From assembly GCA_024653945.1 (NCBI GenBank), contig JANLIT010000003.1, positions 162,936 through 226,935 of the forward strand: a DNA stretch of 64,000 bases, written 5' to 3'. Below, in pieces: positions 14,972-25,099 of the stretch (position 1 is its first letter; every line of letters starts with the position of its first letter). The DNA is from Candidatus Campbellbacteria bacterium (GTDB lineage Bacteria > Patescibacteriota > Minisyncoccia > Phycocordibacterales > EsbW-18). The notes below the pieces were generated by a model. That model saw nothing but the letters and a program-made list of their open reading frames with translations, had not been told where the DNA came from and did not search any database. A program made the translations under genes and the position numbers.

Positions 14972-17170
14972 ATGTCAAAGAAAAAAAGAGCAGAAAAGAA
15001 GGGGCCCTTCTTCAAACTTGGTCTTCAGGAGGAGACGAGGTATGCGGTACTGTCTGTCATTTTTTGTGTTTTCGGTGTATTCCTTTTACTCTCCGCATTT
15101 ACGAAGGCAGGTATCGTTGGGGAAAAAGTATTTTCACTTTTTTCAGGCCTCCTTGGTGTTGGCTACTATCTCCTCCCCACCCTCTCCTTTATTCTTGCAA
15201 TTGGCTATTTCAAAACAGAAAAAGCAAATATTGCATTGACCAACATCATTGGCTCGCTCTTCTTTGTTGCATCGGGCCTCGGCGTTATTGAACTACTTTT
15301 TCCACAAAGTGCCGGATATCTTGGTATATGGATTGCACACCCACTCGTGTACTTGTTTGCGACATCGGGAGCAATAGTGGTCCTTGTTGCCCTCTTCTTC
15401 ATTTCAATTTTAGTGCTTTCAAACACACACCCACTCTCTGTCATTAATGCGTGGAAGAGACGCCGAGATGAAAAGTTGGCAGCGATCGCGCTCGCACAGA
15501 CCGATGTGAATGCGTCTGTAGCTGCAGTTGAAGAAAAACAATCTCACGAGAAACTGGAGGTAGCATCCCAAGGAGATACATCAAATACATCTGGTGAGAA
15601 AAAGGAGGGAGGCCTCTTCTCATTTACAAAAAAGAAAGCGGATGGCGAGCCCGAGTTCTCACCCATATTTGCCACAATGGCAGGAGCGTATATCCCTCCC
15701 CCACTTTCTATCTTCTCTAAAGATTCTGGAAAGCCCGGTGTTGGTGACATCAAGGCAAATGCAAACATCATCAAACGCACGTTACAAAACTTTGGCATCG
15801 ATGTTGCGATGGATGAAATTTCTATTGGACCATCGGTTACTCGATACGCAATGAAACCTGCGGAAGGTGTGCGTCTATCAAAAATTCTTGGACTTCAAAA
15901 AAATCTTGAACTTGCACTTGCGGCGCACCCCGTTCGCATTGAAGCGCCGATTCCCGGAAAGGCACTCGTTGGTATTGAGGTGCCTAATTCTGCAAAGACG
16001 ACCGTTGGTCTTGGAAATCTTCTCTCAACTGAAGAGTACACATCATCTGAACATCGACTCTTTATGACACTTGGTCGTGATGTGGATGGTAAGGCAATCT
16101 TTGCAAACCTCGCCAAAATGCCACACATACTTATCGCAGGTACCACAGGTTCGGGAAAATCAGTCACCATTCACGCGCTCATCAATTCCCTCCTGTTCCG
16201 CAACGGGCCAAATGTCATGCGTTTTGTGATGATTGACCCAAAACGTGTGGAATTAACGATGTACAACGGCATTCCGCACCTCCTCACCCCTGTTATTACT
16301 GACCCGAAAAAAGCTATTCTTGGACTCAAATGGCTTGTGAAAGAAATGGAGCGCCGCTACAACGTTTTGGAAGAGTCAAGGGTGCGCGACATCGCCTCGT
16401 ATCACAGCACCATTCTCTCTCCTGCCCTTGAAAGATTTAAAGGTGCCAATGAAGAACTTTCTATTGATATGCCCGAGACGATGCCGTATATCATTGTGGT
16501 TATGGATGAACTCGCCGACATTATGAGCACCTATCCACGTGAGCTTGAGGCCGGTATTGTTCGTCTTGCTCAAATGTCACGCGCTGTGGGTATTCACCTT
16601 ATCGTTTCAACACAGCGACCATCGGTAAATGTCATCACAGGACTCATCAAGGCAAATATCCCTGCACGTATTGCCATGCAAGTATCTTCACAGATTGATT
16701 CGCGAACCATCCTTGATACGTCGGGCGCCGAAAAACTTCTCGGTGCTGGAGACATGCTCTTTATGTCTGGAGATATGGGTAAACCAAAACGTATTCAGTC
16801 CGCATTCATTTCAGAGGATGAGGTAAAGGCCGTGACTGAATTTTTGAGAAAACATGACAACGGAGATACGGACACAGAGCTCTCGCTTGACCTCAACGCT
16901 CCGACTACATCGGGAAGTGGCGAGTTTGGTGATGAGGATGAAATAGATGATGACCTCTTTGAGGATGCGCGCGAAACGGTTGTGCAGGCAGGAAAAGCAT
17001 CAACATCATACTTGCAACGAAAATTGCGCATTGGATATTCTCGTGCGGCTCGTTTAATGGATGTGTTGGAAGAACGCGGAGTTATTGGGCCAGCAGACGG
17101 TTCTAAGCCACGCGGTGTACTTGTTGGGAAACTAGGTAGCGAAACAGATTCTAATGAGAGTAATGAATAG
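14972..17170 (+). CDS. ftsK: DNA translocase FtsK/SpoIIIE
   Basis: 4TM N-terminus, 'RIEAPIPGK', Walker A AGTTGSGKS, IDPKRVEL, DELADIM, gamma domain 'STSYLQRKLRIGYSRAAR'. Confidence 0.97.
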   Translation: MSKKKRAEKKGPFFKLGLQEETRYAVLSVIFCVFGVFLLLSAFTKAGIVGEKVFSLFSGLLGVGYYLLPTLSFILAIGYFKTEKANIALTNIIGSLFFVASGLGVIELLFPQSAGYLGIWIAHPLVYLFATSGAIVVLVALFFISILVLSNTHPLSVINAWKRRRDEKLAAIALAQTDVNASVAAVEEKQSHEKLEVASQGDTSNTSGEKKEGGLFSFTKKKADGEPEFSPIFATMAGAYIPPPLSIFSKDSGKPGVGDIKANANIIKRTLQNFGIDVAMDEISIGPSVTRYAMKPAEGVRLSKILGLQKNLELALAAHPVRIEAPIPGKALVGIEVPNSAKTTVGLGNLLSTEEYTSSEHRLFMTLGRDVDGKAIFANLAKMPHILIAGTTGSGKSVTIHALINSLLFRNGPNVMRFVMIDPKRVELTMYNGIPHLLTPVITDPKKAILGLKWLVKEMERRYNVLEESRVRDIASYHSTILSPALERFKGANEELSIDMPETMPYIIVVMDELADIMSTYPRELEAGIVRLAQMSRAVGIHLIVSTQRPSVNVITGLIKANIPARIAMQVSSQIDSRTILDTSGAEKLLGAGDMLFMSGDMGKPKRIQSAFISEDEVKAVTEFLRKHDNGDTDTELSLDLNAPTTSGSGEFGDEDEIDDDLFEDARETVVQAGKASTSYLQRKLRIGYSRAARLMDVLEERGVIGPADGSKPRGVLVGKLGSETDSNESNE

Positions 17171-17173
17171 ATC

Positions 17174-17641
17174 ATGCTCTTGAGACGAACACGAACATAT
17201 GGTTTTGTCTTACTGGTGGTCGCTCTTTTGGTGTCGTATGCGTACTATGAATCGCGTGCGTACATTCATGGACCACAATTAATTATTACGGCGCCTATTG
17301 ACGGATTTTCTGTGAAAACGGAAATGCTTACCATTGAAGGAACTGCTACCAACATCACCGCCATAACCCTCAACGACAGACCTATTTTTGTTGACGAGAC
17401 AGGACATTTTAAGGAAGACGTTTTGCTCATGTCGGGATATAATGTGCTCACACTTGCTGTTACCGACCGGTATGAAAGAAAGAAAGTGCAGTATGTACGT
17501 GGTATATACACACCATCTCCCGAAAGCATGTTGGAGGTGGGGTCTAGTACACGTTCTTTGGAAGACGGTGGTACGAGAAGTGAGGAAGATAGTGTTGGAA
17601 CAAGTAGCACAACAACACTGGAAGCAAATACGACACTTTAG
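17174..17641 (+). CDS. Membrane-anchored protein with an Ig-like domain
   Basis: N-terminal TM; 'P.L.I.AP.DG..V......I.G........LN' and 'L..GYN...L...D' pattern. Confidence 0.7.
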   Translation: MLLRRTRTYGFVLLVVALLVSYAYYESRAYIHGPQLIITAPIDGFSVKTEMLTIEGTATNITAITLNDRPIFVDETGHFKEDVLLMSGYNVLTLAVTDRYERKKVQYVRGIYTPSPESMLEVGSSTRSLEDGGTRSEEDSVGTSSTTTLEANTTL

Positions 17642-17689
17642 AAAAATTTTATTACCAGCGAGTATACTAATGGCTCATTACACATATAT

Positions 17690-18721
17690 ATGGCATTCAA
17701 CAAAAAACCAAAAGCCCCAAAAGAACTGAAGAAAACCGTTGGACAAATTGAAGACGCACTTAAGCAAATCAAAACAAAATTTGGTGAGGATGCCATTATG
17801 ATGTTGGGTGCTCGACCACACGTTGATGTTGCGGCAATACCAACTGGATCGCTTTCCCTTGATGCGGCGCTCGGTATTGGTGGTATTCCACGCGGACGCA
17901 TTGTGGAAATTTATGGACCAGAGTCATCTGGAAAAACGACACTCGCACTCCATATCGTTGCTGAGGCACAAAAATTGGGCGGTGTGTGCGCCTATGTTGA
18001 TGCTGAACACGCCATGGACCCAGAATATTCAAAACGCCTCGGCGTTAAAATTGATGAACTTCTTATTTCTCAACCGGACTTCGGTGAGCAGGCACTTGAA
18101 ATCGTAGAGTCCCTCGTGCGCACAGGAAAAATTGATGTGATTGTTGTTGACTCTGTTGCGGCACTTACTCCAAAAGATGAAATTGAGGGCGAGATGGGGG
18201 CACAGCACGTTGGTAAGCAGGCACGCCTTATGAGTCAGGCACTGCGCAAACTCACAGGCATTGTTGCAAAGAGCAAGACGGTGGTTATCTTCATCAACCA
18301 AATCCGTATGAAAATTGGTGTCATGTTTGGTAATCCAGAAACTACCCCGGGAGGAAACGCGCTCAAATTCTATGCCTCAGTTCGTCTTGATGTTCGACGT
18401 ATTGCCCAAATTAAAAAAGGTGAGGATGTTGTTGGTGGTCGTGTGCGAGTGAAAGTGGTAAAAAATAAAGTTGCTGCACCATTTAGACAGGCGGAGTTTG
18501 ACCTTGTCTTTCCAAACGGTATTTCTCGCGAAGGTGAACTCATTGCACTTGGAGAAAAATACAAACTCATTGAAAAAAGTGGTGCATCGTATAAGTACGG
18601 CACCGTTGCTCTCGGACGCGGGTATGATGCAACACGACAGTTTCTTATTGAAAACAAGGATATCGCTAAAAAACTCACTAAAGAGATTATGGAGAAATTG
18701 AACGGTGTAGAGGAGGTTTAA
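17690..18721 (+). CDS. recA: Recombinase RecA
   Basis: [43 protein letters not shown]. Confidence 0.99.
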   Translation: MAFNKKPKAPKELKKTVGQIEDALKQIKTKFGEDAIMMLGARPHVDVAAIPTGSLSLDAALGIGGIPRGRIVEIYGPESSGKTTLALHIVAEAQKLGGVCAYVDAEHAMDPEYSKRLGVKIDELLISQPDFGEQALEIVESLVRTGKIDVIVVDSVAALTPKDEIEGEMGAQHVGKQARLMSQALRKLTGIVAKSKTVVIFINQIRMKIGVMFGNPETTPGGNALKFYASVRLDVRRIAQIKKGEDVVGGRVRVKVVKNKVAAPFRQAEFDLVFPNGISREGELIALGEKYKLIEKSGASYKYGTVALGRGYDATRQFLIENKDIAKKLTKEIMEKLNGVEEV

Positions 18722-18796
18722 ACTTGCCATTCTATCATTTTTTTGGTACGGTAGGGACGCCCACCCACGCTGAGGTGGGCGTTAACGTGAGATTTT

Positions 18797-19357
18797 ATGC
18801 TTACATACAACGAAATCCGCAACGGAAAGGTCATTCTTCTCAACAACGAGCCCTATATAGTGCTCGATTCGCACGTGTTTCGTAAACAACAACGAAAACC
18901 GGTTAATGCTACTAAACTGCGAAATCTCATCACGGGAAAAGTGACCGAGTACTCATTCCATGTATCAGAAAAAGCTGAGGAAGCTGAAATTGAAAGTCGA
19001 CCACTTATTTTTATTTACAACAGTAAGGGACAGTGGTGGTTTCACGCCGTCGGAAAACCAGCAGAGCGCATAACACTTGATGAAAACATACTTGGTGACC
19101 AGGGAAAATTTTTGAAAGAAAAAATGGAGATTGTTGGTTTATTTTTTGATGATAAGCCAATTGGTGTCAAACTTCCTATCAAAGTGCAATACAAGGTTGT
19201 TGAGGCACCTCCAAATATTCGAGGCAACACATCCCAAGGTGGCAACAAACTCGTCAAACTTGAAACGGGCGCAATGATTAACGTTCCCCTCTTTGTTGAA
19301 ATGGGAGATGTTATTGAAATCAACACGGAAACTGGCGAATACGTTTCTCGAGTGTAG
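18797..19357 (+). CDS. efp: Elongation factor P
   Basis: 'KLRNLITG', 'RGNTSQGGNKLVKLETG..INVPLFVE.GD.I.INT.TGEYVSR'. Confidence 0.95.
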   Translation: MLTYNEIRNGKVILLNNEPYIVLDSHVFRKQQRKPVNATKLRNLITGKVTEYSFHVSEKAEEAEIESRPLIFIYNSKGQWWFHAVGKPAERITLDENILGDQGKFLKEKMEIVGLFFDDKPIGVKLPIKVQYKVVEAPPNIRGNTSQGGNKLVKLETGAMINVPLFVEMGDVIEINTETGEYVSRV

Positions 19358-19386
19358 GGTATTAAAATATCAAATATCAAATATCA

Positions 19387-19414
19387 AAAAACTCGTCCAA
19401 TTGGACGAGTTTTT
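19387..19414. terminator. Bidirectional terminator between efp and rpsR
   Basis: AAAAACTCGTCCAATTGGACGAGTTTTT. Confidence 0.8.
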
Positions 19415-19488
19415 GTTTGAAGTTAAAGCGTGTTTAAAAATTCCAAACGCGAGATGACTGCGTCTCATAGGTATAGATAAGTACAATT

Positions 19489-19613
19489 AACGCGCGGTTA
19501 AAAATTCCAGATACGAGGCACGGGAAAACGAGGAGCACAGGCGTACTTGAAGTACGACGAAGCGACGAGCTGGGGCCCGTAACAAAGTAGATGGAAAATT
19601 TTAAGCGCACGTT
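19489..19613. mobile_element. MITE-like 125-bp element with imperfect terminal inverted repeats
   Basis: Left end AACGCGCGGTTAAAAATTCCA, right end TGGAAAATTTTAAGCGCACGTT; internal CGTAC-TTGAA-GTACG hairpin. Confidence 0.65.
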
Positions 19614-19616
19614 CGT

Positions 19617-19820
19617 CTAGCCAGCGATATAAGGGAGTAGTCCCATAAAACGTGCCCGCTTAATCGCAACAGCAAGTTCGCGCTGGTGTGTACCACACAC
19701 ACCCGTATATCGTCGTGTCTTCATACGTGAGTATGGGTTGATGAAACGACGCAACACCTTGATATCTTTGTAATCAATGTGTTTGATGTTTTGTTCTTTA
19801 AAAAAGCAACTTTTTTTCAT
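19617..19820 (-). CDS. rpsR: 30S ribosomal protein S18
   Basis: 'IDYKD...LRRFI', 'HQRELAVAIKRARFMGLLPY'. Confidence 0.97.
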   Translation of the reverse strand: MKKSCFFKEQNIKHIDYKDIKVLRRFINPYSRMKTRRYTGVCGTHQRELAVAIKRARFMGLLPYIAG

Positions 19821-19838
19821 ACGAATTTCTCTTATATC

Positions 19839-20309
19839 TTAAAATGGGATATCTTCTGGATTAATGCCTTCGTCTTGTGCGTCTGGATACTGAATGGTAT
19901 CTATCGCTGGGGCGTTTTGCTGTTGTGCATTTCCTTTATCTTGAGGACCTGCAAATGATTTTCCTTCTGTTGAAGAGCCACCCGAACGAGGACCAAACTG
20001 GACGCGATCTGCAATGACTTCTGTTCGATACTTCTTTGAACCATCCTGCGCATCCCAACTTCGTGTTACCATTCGCCCCTCAACAAACGCTGAAGAACCT
20101 TTGCGGAGATATTGAGAAACAGTTTCTGCCTGCTTACCAAACACTACGATATTGTGAAAATCTGTTGACTCTTGCTTGTTACCCTCTTTGTCCTTCCACA
20201 CACGATTTGTTGCAATACTAAATGTAGACACAGAAGAACCTGATGGGAGCGATTTGAGCTCCGGATCGCGTGTGAGGTTGCCATACAAAAGTGCTTTGTT
20301 GATATACAT
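19839..20309 (-). CDS. ssb: Single-stranded DNA-binding protein
   Basis: 'NKALLYGNLTRDPELK'; acidic tail ending EDIPF. Confidence 0.98.
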   Translation of the reverse strand: MYINKALLYGNLTRDPELKSLPSGSSVSTFSIATNRVWKDKEGNKQESTDFHNIVVFGKQAETVSQYLRKGSSAFVEGRMVTRSWDAQDGSKKYRTEVIADRVQFGPRSGGSSTEGKSFAGPQDKGNAQQQNAPAIDTIQYPDAQDEGINPEDIPF

Positions 20310-20315
20310 GGTTTT

Positions 20316-20439
20316 TAAATTCGAAATCCGAATATCGAAATCCGAAACAAATCCGGAGTTTCTAGTTTTAAAGTTTTAAACATTTGAATTTTGGTTATTT
20401 GAATTTGTTTCGAGTTTGGTGCTTCGACATTCGTGCTTA
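20316..20439. repeat. 124-bp dispersed element built from inverted heptamer arrays, copy A (rpsF-ssb spacer)
   Basis: Colinear with and the same length as 48904-49027. Confidence 0.9.
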
Positions 20440-20958
20440 CACAACCAACTTCTCTATTTCAACATCCATTTGTTCGGTCGTCATTGGAACAACAGCCTCA
20501 GCGGTTTCTACTTTCTTTTCTTCATGAAGAATCTCCTTTTCTTCAGGGGCTTTGTGGTCTGTGTGACCCGCGTGAACTGGATGACGAACAACTGGAGCAT
20601 CGGCGTATGTTTTAACAAGAAGGTGGCGCAAAATGTGTTCATTGCGACGAGTCTCTTCCTTTATCATATGTGCTTGGTCTGGAAGTGCTTCAAAAACAAC
20701 CCATCCAAAATATGCAGTCGTACAGGTGTGTCGTGTGCGGGCAATATCGCGCACAAGAGGATATGCAAGTGTCATAAGTTGTGGCCATTCCTCACTGATA
20801 ATCTTGGCACCGTTCTTTTCAAGCATTGCCCGAAGAACGTCTACCTCCTTTGCAAGGCCGGCTTCACCAACCTGAGGCACAATATGAAAGCCCAGCTCGT
20901 AGAAACGGCTGTCTGCATCTGTGTCTATTTCAGTTTGTATTTCTTTCTCTTCTACCAT
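20437..20958 (-). CDS. rpsF: 30S ribosomal protein S6
   Basis: 'YELGFHI.P', 'LAYP', 'AYFGW..F', 'ILRHLLVK'; position upstream of ssb-rpsR. Confidence 0.9.
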   Translation of the reverse strand: MVEEKEIQTEIDTDADSRFYELGFHIVPQVGEAGLAKEVDVLRAMLEKNGAKIISEEWPQLMTLAYPLVRDIARTRHTCTTAYFGWVVFEALPDQAHMIKEETRRNEHILRHLLVKTYADAPVVRHPVHAGHTDHKAPEEKEILHEEKKVETAEAVVPMTTEQMDVEIEKLVV

Positions 20959-21069
20959 AGGCGTCCTAGCGTAGCATATGTTTTTGCCCATCGCAAGAGG
21001 GATTTTTGATATCCTTTATCAAAATTTCATATTTCTACTGGGTAGTATGGGATTCTTTACGTGCCCGCA

Positions 21070-21897
21070 TTACAGCACCTCTCCATCAATATGGAATGCC
21101 CGAAGGGCATTTTTAGTGAGCATACGAGAACACTCCTCAACCGAAATTCCACGAAGAAGAGCTATTTTTTCAACAACGTAGCACACATAAGGCGGTTCAT
21201 TACGTTTTCCTCGAAATGGTGCTGGGGCTGCAAATGGAGCATCTGTTTCAGCCATAATCATGTTATCCGGCACAAAGCGAATAACCTCATCATAGTCACT
21301 CGCAAATGTAATCGGACCATCAAAAGAAAGCGAGAACCCGAGGTCAAGAAAACGTCGCGCAATAGCAACAGAGCCCGCAAAAAAGTGCACATCTCCTTGT
21401 GTCGTGCTTCGTGCTTCATGCTTCGTGCTTTCGAGCAGTGCGAGAATATCTTCATACGCATCCATGGAACCTTTTGATGGTCGTGCATGAATCATCAGCG
21501 GAAGCGCGTGCTCACGCGCAAGTTCAATGTGTTGGATAAAAAGTTGTTTTTGTTTTTCTTTGATAGTTGCTATTTGTCCTTCTGGATTATTTTCGGTAAT
21601 CCGAAAATAATCCAGCCCGCACTCCCCTATCGCAACAACTTTTGGATGCCCGACAAGTTCTGGAAGTCCAGCAAAATCAGCATGCACACCTCCGTGCGCA
21701 GGATGGATGCCAACAGTTGCAAAAATATGCTCGTGTTCTCTGGCTAGCGCAATGGAATCTTTAGATGTCTGTATATCTGTCCCAACGGCTATCGTACCAA
21801 TTCCTGCAACCCTCATGCGCTCTATAATGTCGTCCCTGTCTACGTCAAAATCAGCAAAGGTGAGGTGCGAGTGAATATCAAAAAGAGAATACTGCAT
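21070..21897 (-). CDS. tatD: TatD family deoxyribonuclease
   Basis: DIHSHL, GIHP, AIGECGLDY, ETDAPF, RGKRNEP. Confidence 0.95.
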   Translation of the reverse strand: MQYSLFDIHSHLTFADFDVDRDDIIERMRVAGIGTIAVGTDIQTSKDSIALAREHEHIFATVGIHPAHGGVHADFAGLPELVGHPKVVAIGECGLDYFRITENNPEGQIATIKEKQKQLFIQHIELAREHALPLMIHARPSKGSMDAYEDILALLESTKHEARSTTQGDVHFFAGSVAIARRFLDLGFSLSFDGPITFASDYDEVIRFVPDNMIMAETDAPFAAPAPFRGKRNEPPYVCYVVEKIALLRGISVEECSRMLTKNALRAFHIDGEVL

Positions 21898-21904
21898 GGA
21901 GAGC

Positions 21905-22963
21905 TTACACTTTGTCCACAAGAGCTCGTCGTCTTGAATCCTGTATCAATTCCATGAGAACTGCCGCCAAAGGAACAGAGAGAAGTGCTCCGAGAAATCC
22001 TCCGAGTTGCGCCCCTACCACAAGTGCAAGAATAACCACAATTGCTGGAACACCAACAACCTTGTTTACCACAAGCGGATAAATGAGATGATTTTCAAAT
22101 TGTTGGATGATGACAAAAAGTCCAACAATAAGTAGTGCAAAAGATAAACCTGCTTGTGTATACCCAACCAGCACCGCTGGAATACTTGAGAGAATAGGAC
22201 CAAACAGAGGGATAACTTCAAACAATCCAGATAGCACGGCAAAGAGAAACGCGTGTTTAACACCAAGAATAGTAAGTCCAAGATACACCAGCACGCCCAC
22301 CAACAGCATAAGAAGGAGTTGGCCCTGCATCCACTGCCCTATTTTTCGCTGTGAACGTTTCCACAGCTCTAACACATACGCAATATGTGTGTGGGGAGTA
22401 ATAATCCGCAAAAAGTCGGAGATACCATTTTCTCGAACGGTGAGATAGAACGACAACACAATCATAAGAACAAATGAAAAAACGCCACCAAAAACAGTAC
22501 TCAGTACACGAAACGCGCCTCCAGGAATAGTGACGAATGAACGCACCGAGGAAAGCAAGTCTCCCGCAGAAAGAGTATTTGAGATGTTTTGAATAACCAT
22601 TGAGGATTCTGGAACCCCGAGCCCCTCAAGAATGGGACGTGTATCAAGGGAGCCAATGTAATCAGGAATTTGAGAAAGGAAATTTGCTGAGTCGCTCAGA
22701 AGTGATGGCAACAGAAAGTAGATAAGTCCGGAAAGCGTTATGGCAATGATGAGATAAATAATGACCACCGCAAGTGTTCGTGGAAAATGATACTTCATAA
22801 ACCACTTCGCGGCTGGTTCAATCGCTGATGCAATTACAACCGCAGTAAGCACCACCAAAACAATATCTTTTAAAAGATAGAGCACATACACCCCCACAAG
22901 AATAAGGAGAACTTTTAACACAGAAAGAGTGTCTATCGAAAATCGAACATTTTGTGTTTCCAT
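21905..22963 (-). CDS. AI-2E family transporter
   Basis: 'WMQGQL', 'IPLFGP', 'QQFENHLIYPLV', 'GFLGALLSVPLAA'. Confidence 0.92.
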   Translation of the reverse strand: METQNVRFSIDTLSVLKVLLILVGVYVLYLLKDIVLVVLTAVVIASAIEPAAKWFMKYHFPRTLAVVIIYLIIAITLSGLIYFLLPSLLSDSANFLSQIPDYIGSLDTRPILEGLGVPESSMVIQNISNTLSAGDLLSSVRSFVTIPGGAFRVLSTVFGGVFSFVLMIVLSFYLTVRENGISDFLRIITPHTHIAYVLELWKRSQRKIGQWMQGQLLLMLLVGVLVYLGLTILGVKHAFLFAVLSGLFEVIPLFGPILSSIPAVLVGYTQAGLSFALLIVGLFVIIQQFENHLIYPLVVNKVVGVPAIVVILALVVGAQLGGFLGALLSVPLAAVLMELIQDSRRRALVDKV

Positions 22964-22972
22964 ATTTAAAAA

Positions 22973-23019
22973 GTATACCCCGCACTACGCTTTTTTCCAA
23001 AGCGTAGTGCGGGGTATAC
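22973..23019. repeat. Perfect 21-bp-arm inverted repeat
   Basis: GTATACCCCGCACTACGCTTT-tttcc-AAAGCGTAGTGCGGGGTATAC. Confidence 0.85.
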
Positions 23020-23049
23020 CACAGGAAACCCTAACGAAAAGGGTGCCTC

Positions 23050-24987
23050 TTATTCAACAACACGACTCCATGTCCCCTCAAAACCTGGGTCTGAATTCAA
23101 ATTAGTGTTCACCTCGGGCGCCGTGTCTCCAACAGTGCCTCCGACAGCGCCATCTGTTGCTGACAACGTTGCATCCTCTATAAGAATTGGAACCGTGCCT
23201 ATTTGAGTTGCTGATGGAGTTAACCCGACCTGGAACGCAACGGTCTTTGCTGGAGTACTAAAACCAGTTCCCGCACGAATTTTTCCAGGACTCCACACCA
23301 CTTCTTTTGTAGAACTTTCAAATGTAATATCTTCTGAACTTGGGCTTGTGACATTCTCCCACGACACATATGCAGGAAGCACCGCTCGCACCTCTGTCTT
23401 TGTGAGATCGTTGACCGAGTTTGCTATTGACCAGATAATTGTGTACGTCGTTTTTTGTTCAACAGCGGGTGGCACTGGACCGGAGTTTTCTAGTGGACCA
23501 ATGGTGCGCACTGCTATGCTTTCCAAACGCACATCGGAGGCAACATGAATAATCTTCGTGGTGTCTGATCTCACTTCCTCTGGAGTCTCGCCTTCTGAAA
23601 CTGCTGTTGCAGTAAATGCAAGGGCGAGGGTAATTTCTGGATCAATTCGTCCCGAACCAGATGCGTCAGTAGAAAGAATATCAAAAGAGAAAGACACCTT
23701 TCCTTGTGAGCCCGAGTCAATGGTTTTTAAGGAATGGGTATCAATTTTATTCCACGTAATAGTATTCTTCGACGAGTTATAAAAACCGTCCGCAGATGTA
23801 ACTCTTTTCTCGTTGACCGCCTCTCCTTCAAGGGTAACCACTATCACTCCGTCAGTAAGTTGTGTTGAAAGATTGTTATTCCATGTAATGTCTACTTTTG
23901 CAGTCCGGCCTGGGTACATGGTGACTGAATCATCCGAACTTCCATTAATAACCATACTGGTATCAATAAATGAGCGTGCAACCTGTATTGTGTGATCTAT
24001 TTGTGCAAATACTGCACCTAATTTTGTCGTGTCACCCGCAGTTGCAATACCCGAACTAAACCTAAAAATACGATCTTCTTCATCTTGACCAGAGAGTGTG
24101 CCCCGTATCTTAATGGTTCGTTTCCCTTTTGGCTCAATATCGCCAAGCGACCATGTGGTGTCACTGAATGTTGCATCTGGACTGGCACTTACAAATGAAA
24201 ATCCGAAGGGATAATTTGCAGCAACGACAACATCCTCAAGGATAATCGAGGTGTTTGAGGTCACATCTAACGTCAGTTCAATATCTTGTCCAGAATTGAT
24301 AGATTTTGGTGCGCTGACTTTGAGCGTCAACGGGCTTGCGCCGATACGCACAGAAAAACTACTTTCTTTAGAGAAGATGGCACTTGAACCTGCAACGCGA
24401 TATTCAAGACTCACAATAATCTTTTGCTCGCTTCCCTCTTCGCTAAATAAAATAGCCTTGGTAGTTGTTGAAACATGTCCACCTGACGGAATGGTCCCCA
24501 GAGATGCACGATATCGATACAGTTCTGTCGTCACGTCGTCTGGTACGCGTGTTCCTGGTGGATATTCGATTAATAAATCTGCCAGCTGTAGTGCTGTTGC
24601 ATTTGTATTACGAACCTCTATGGCGAGTGGGAGTATTTCTCCCGCCGCAGCGACAACTGGTCCTGTTACAATAATTTCTATTTTGTTGGCAGATACAAGG
24701 TTTCTATCTCCACTAAAGAAGAAGAAGGCTGCAAGGAGAGATGCGAGAAAAAAAATGATTGCCCCGACAAAAAACCATTTTACTGGTGTGTGGTGGCGAG
24801 AAATTTTTGACATAATAATTGAGGGTTGGTGTGTCTGTTCATGGAAAAAATCACTCGGTACCTCGCCAAATCTTTCCTCATGAAACCCGGCACGGTGTAG
24901 TTCTGACAACGATTCATGTCCTGGGGTGTTGAGTTTTTTTGACAAGGACTCTATCGGACTATCATTGTCTGTAATGGGTTCTTTCAT
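23050..24987 (-). CDS. Single-pass membrane protein with repeated Ig-like (DUF11-like) domains
   Basis: One TM near the N-terminus; repeated 'YP.GF.F.SASP', 'WSLGDI', 'TYTIIW.I.N' beta modules. Confidence 0.75.
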   Translation of the reverse strand: MKEPITDNDSPIESLSKKLNTPGHESLSELHRAGFHEERFGEVPSDFFHEQTHQPSIIMSKISRHHTPVKWFFVGAIIFFLASLLAAFFFFSGDRNLVSANKIEIIVTGPVVAAAGEILPLAIEVRNTNATALQLADLLIEYPPGTRVPDDVTTELYRYRASLGTIPSGGHVSTTTKAILFSEEGSEQKIIVSLEYRVAGSSAIFSKESSFSVRIGASPLTLKVSAPKSINSGQDIELTLDVTSNTSIILEDVVVAANYPFGFSFVSASPDATFSDTTWSLGDIEPKGKRTIKIRGTLSGQDEEDRIFRFSSGIATAGDTTKLGAVFAQIDHTIQVARSFIDTSMVINGSSDDSVTMYPGRTAKVDITWNNNLSTQLTDGVIVVTLEGEAVNEKRVTSADGFYNSSKNTITWNKIDTHSLKTIDSGSQGKVSFSFDILSTDASGSGRIDPEITLALAFTATAVSEGETPEEVRSDTTKIIHVASDVRLESIAVRTIGPLENSGPVPPAVEQKTTYTIIWSIANSVNDLTKTEVRAVLPAYVSWENVTSPSSEDITFESSTKEVVWSPGKIRAGTGFSTPAKTVAFQVGLTPSATQIGTVPILIEDATLSATDGAVGGTVGDTAPEVNTNLNSDPGFEGTWSRVVE

Positions 24988-25099
24988 GCTTTCAGTATAA
25001 CGTAACAACTAATCACTGACCACGTATATTTAGGAAAACTCTTCTTTTTATTCCTTACATACCAGCCACTACATACTACTTTCTACTTACTACCCTACT

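Noticed and set aside
14672-15291. ORFs containing 'LPAGRQ' or 'CLPAGR'
   Set aside because: Translations of the CCTGCCTGCCGGCAGGCAGG palindrome and of alternative ftsK frames.
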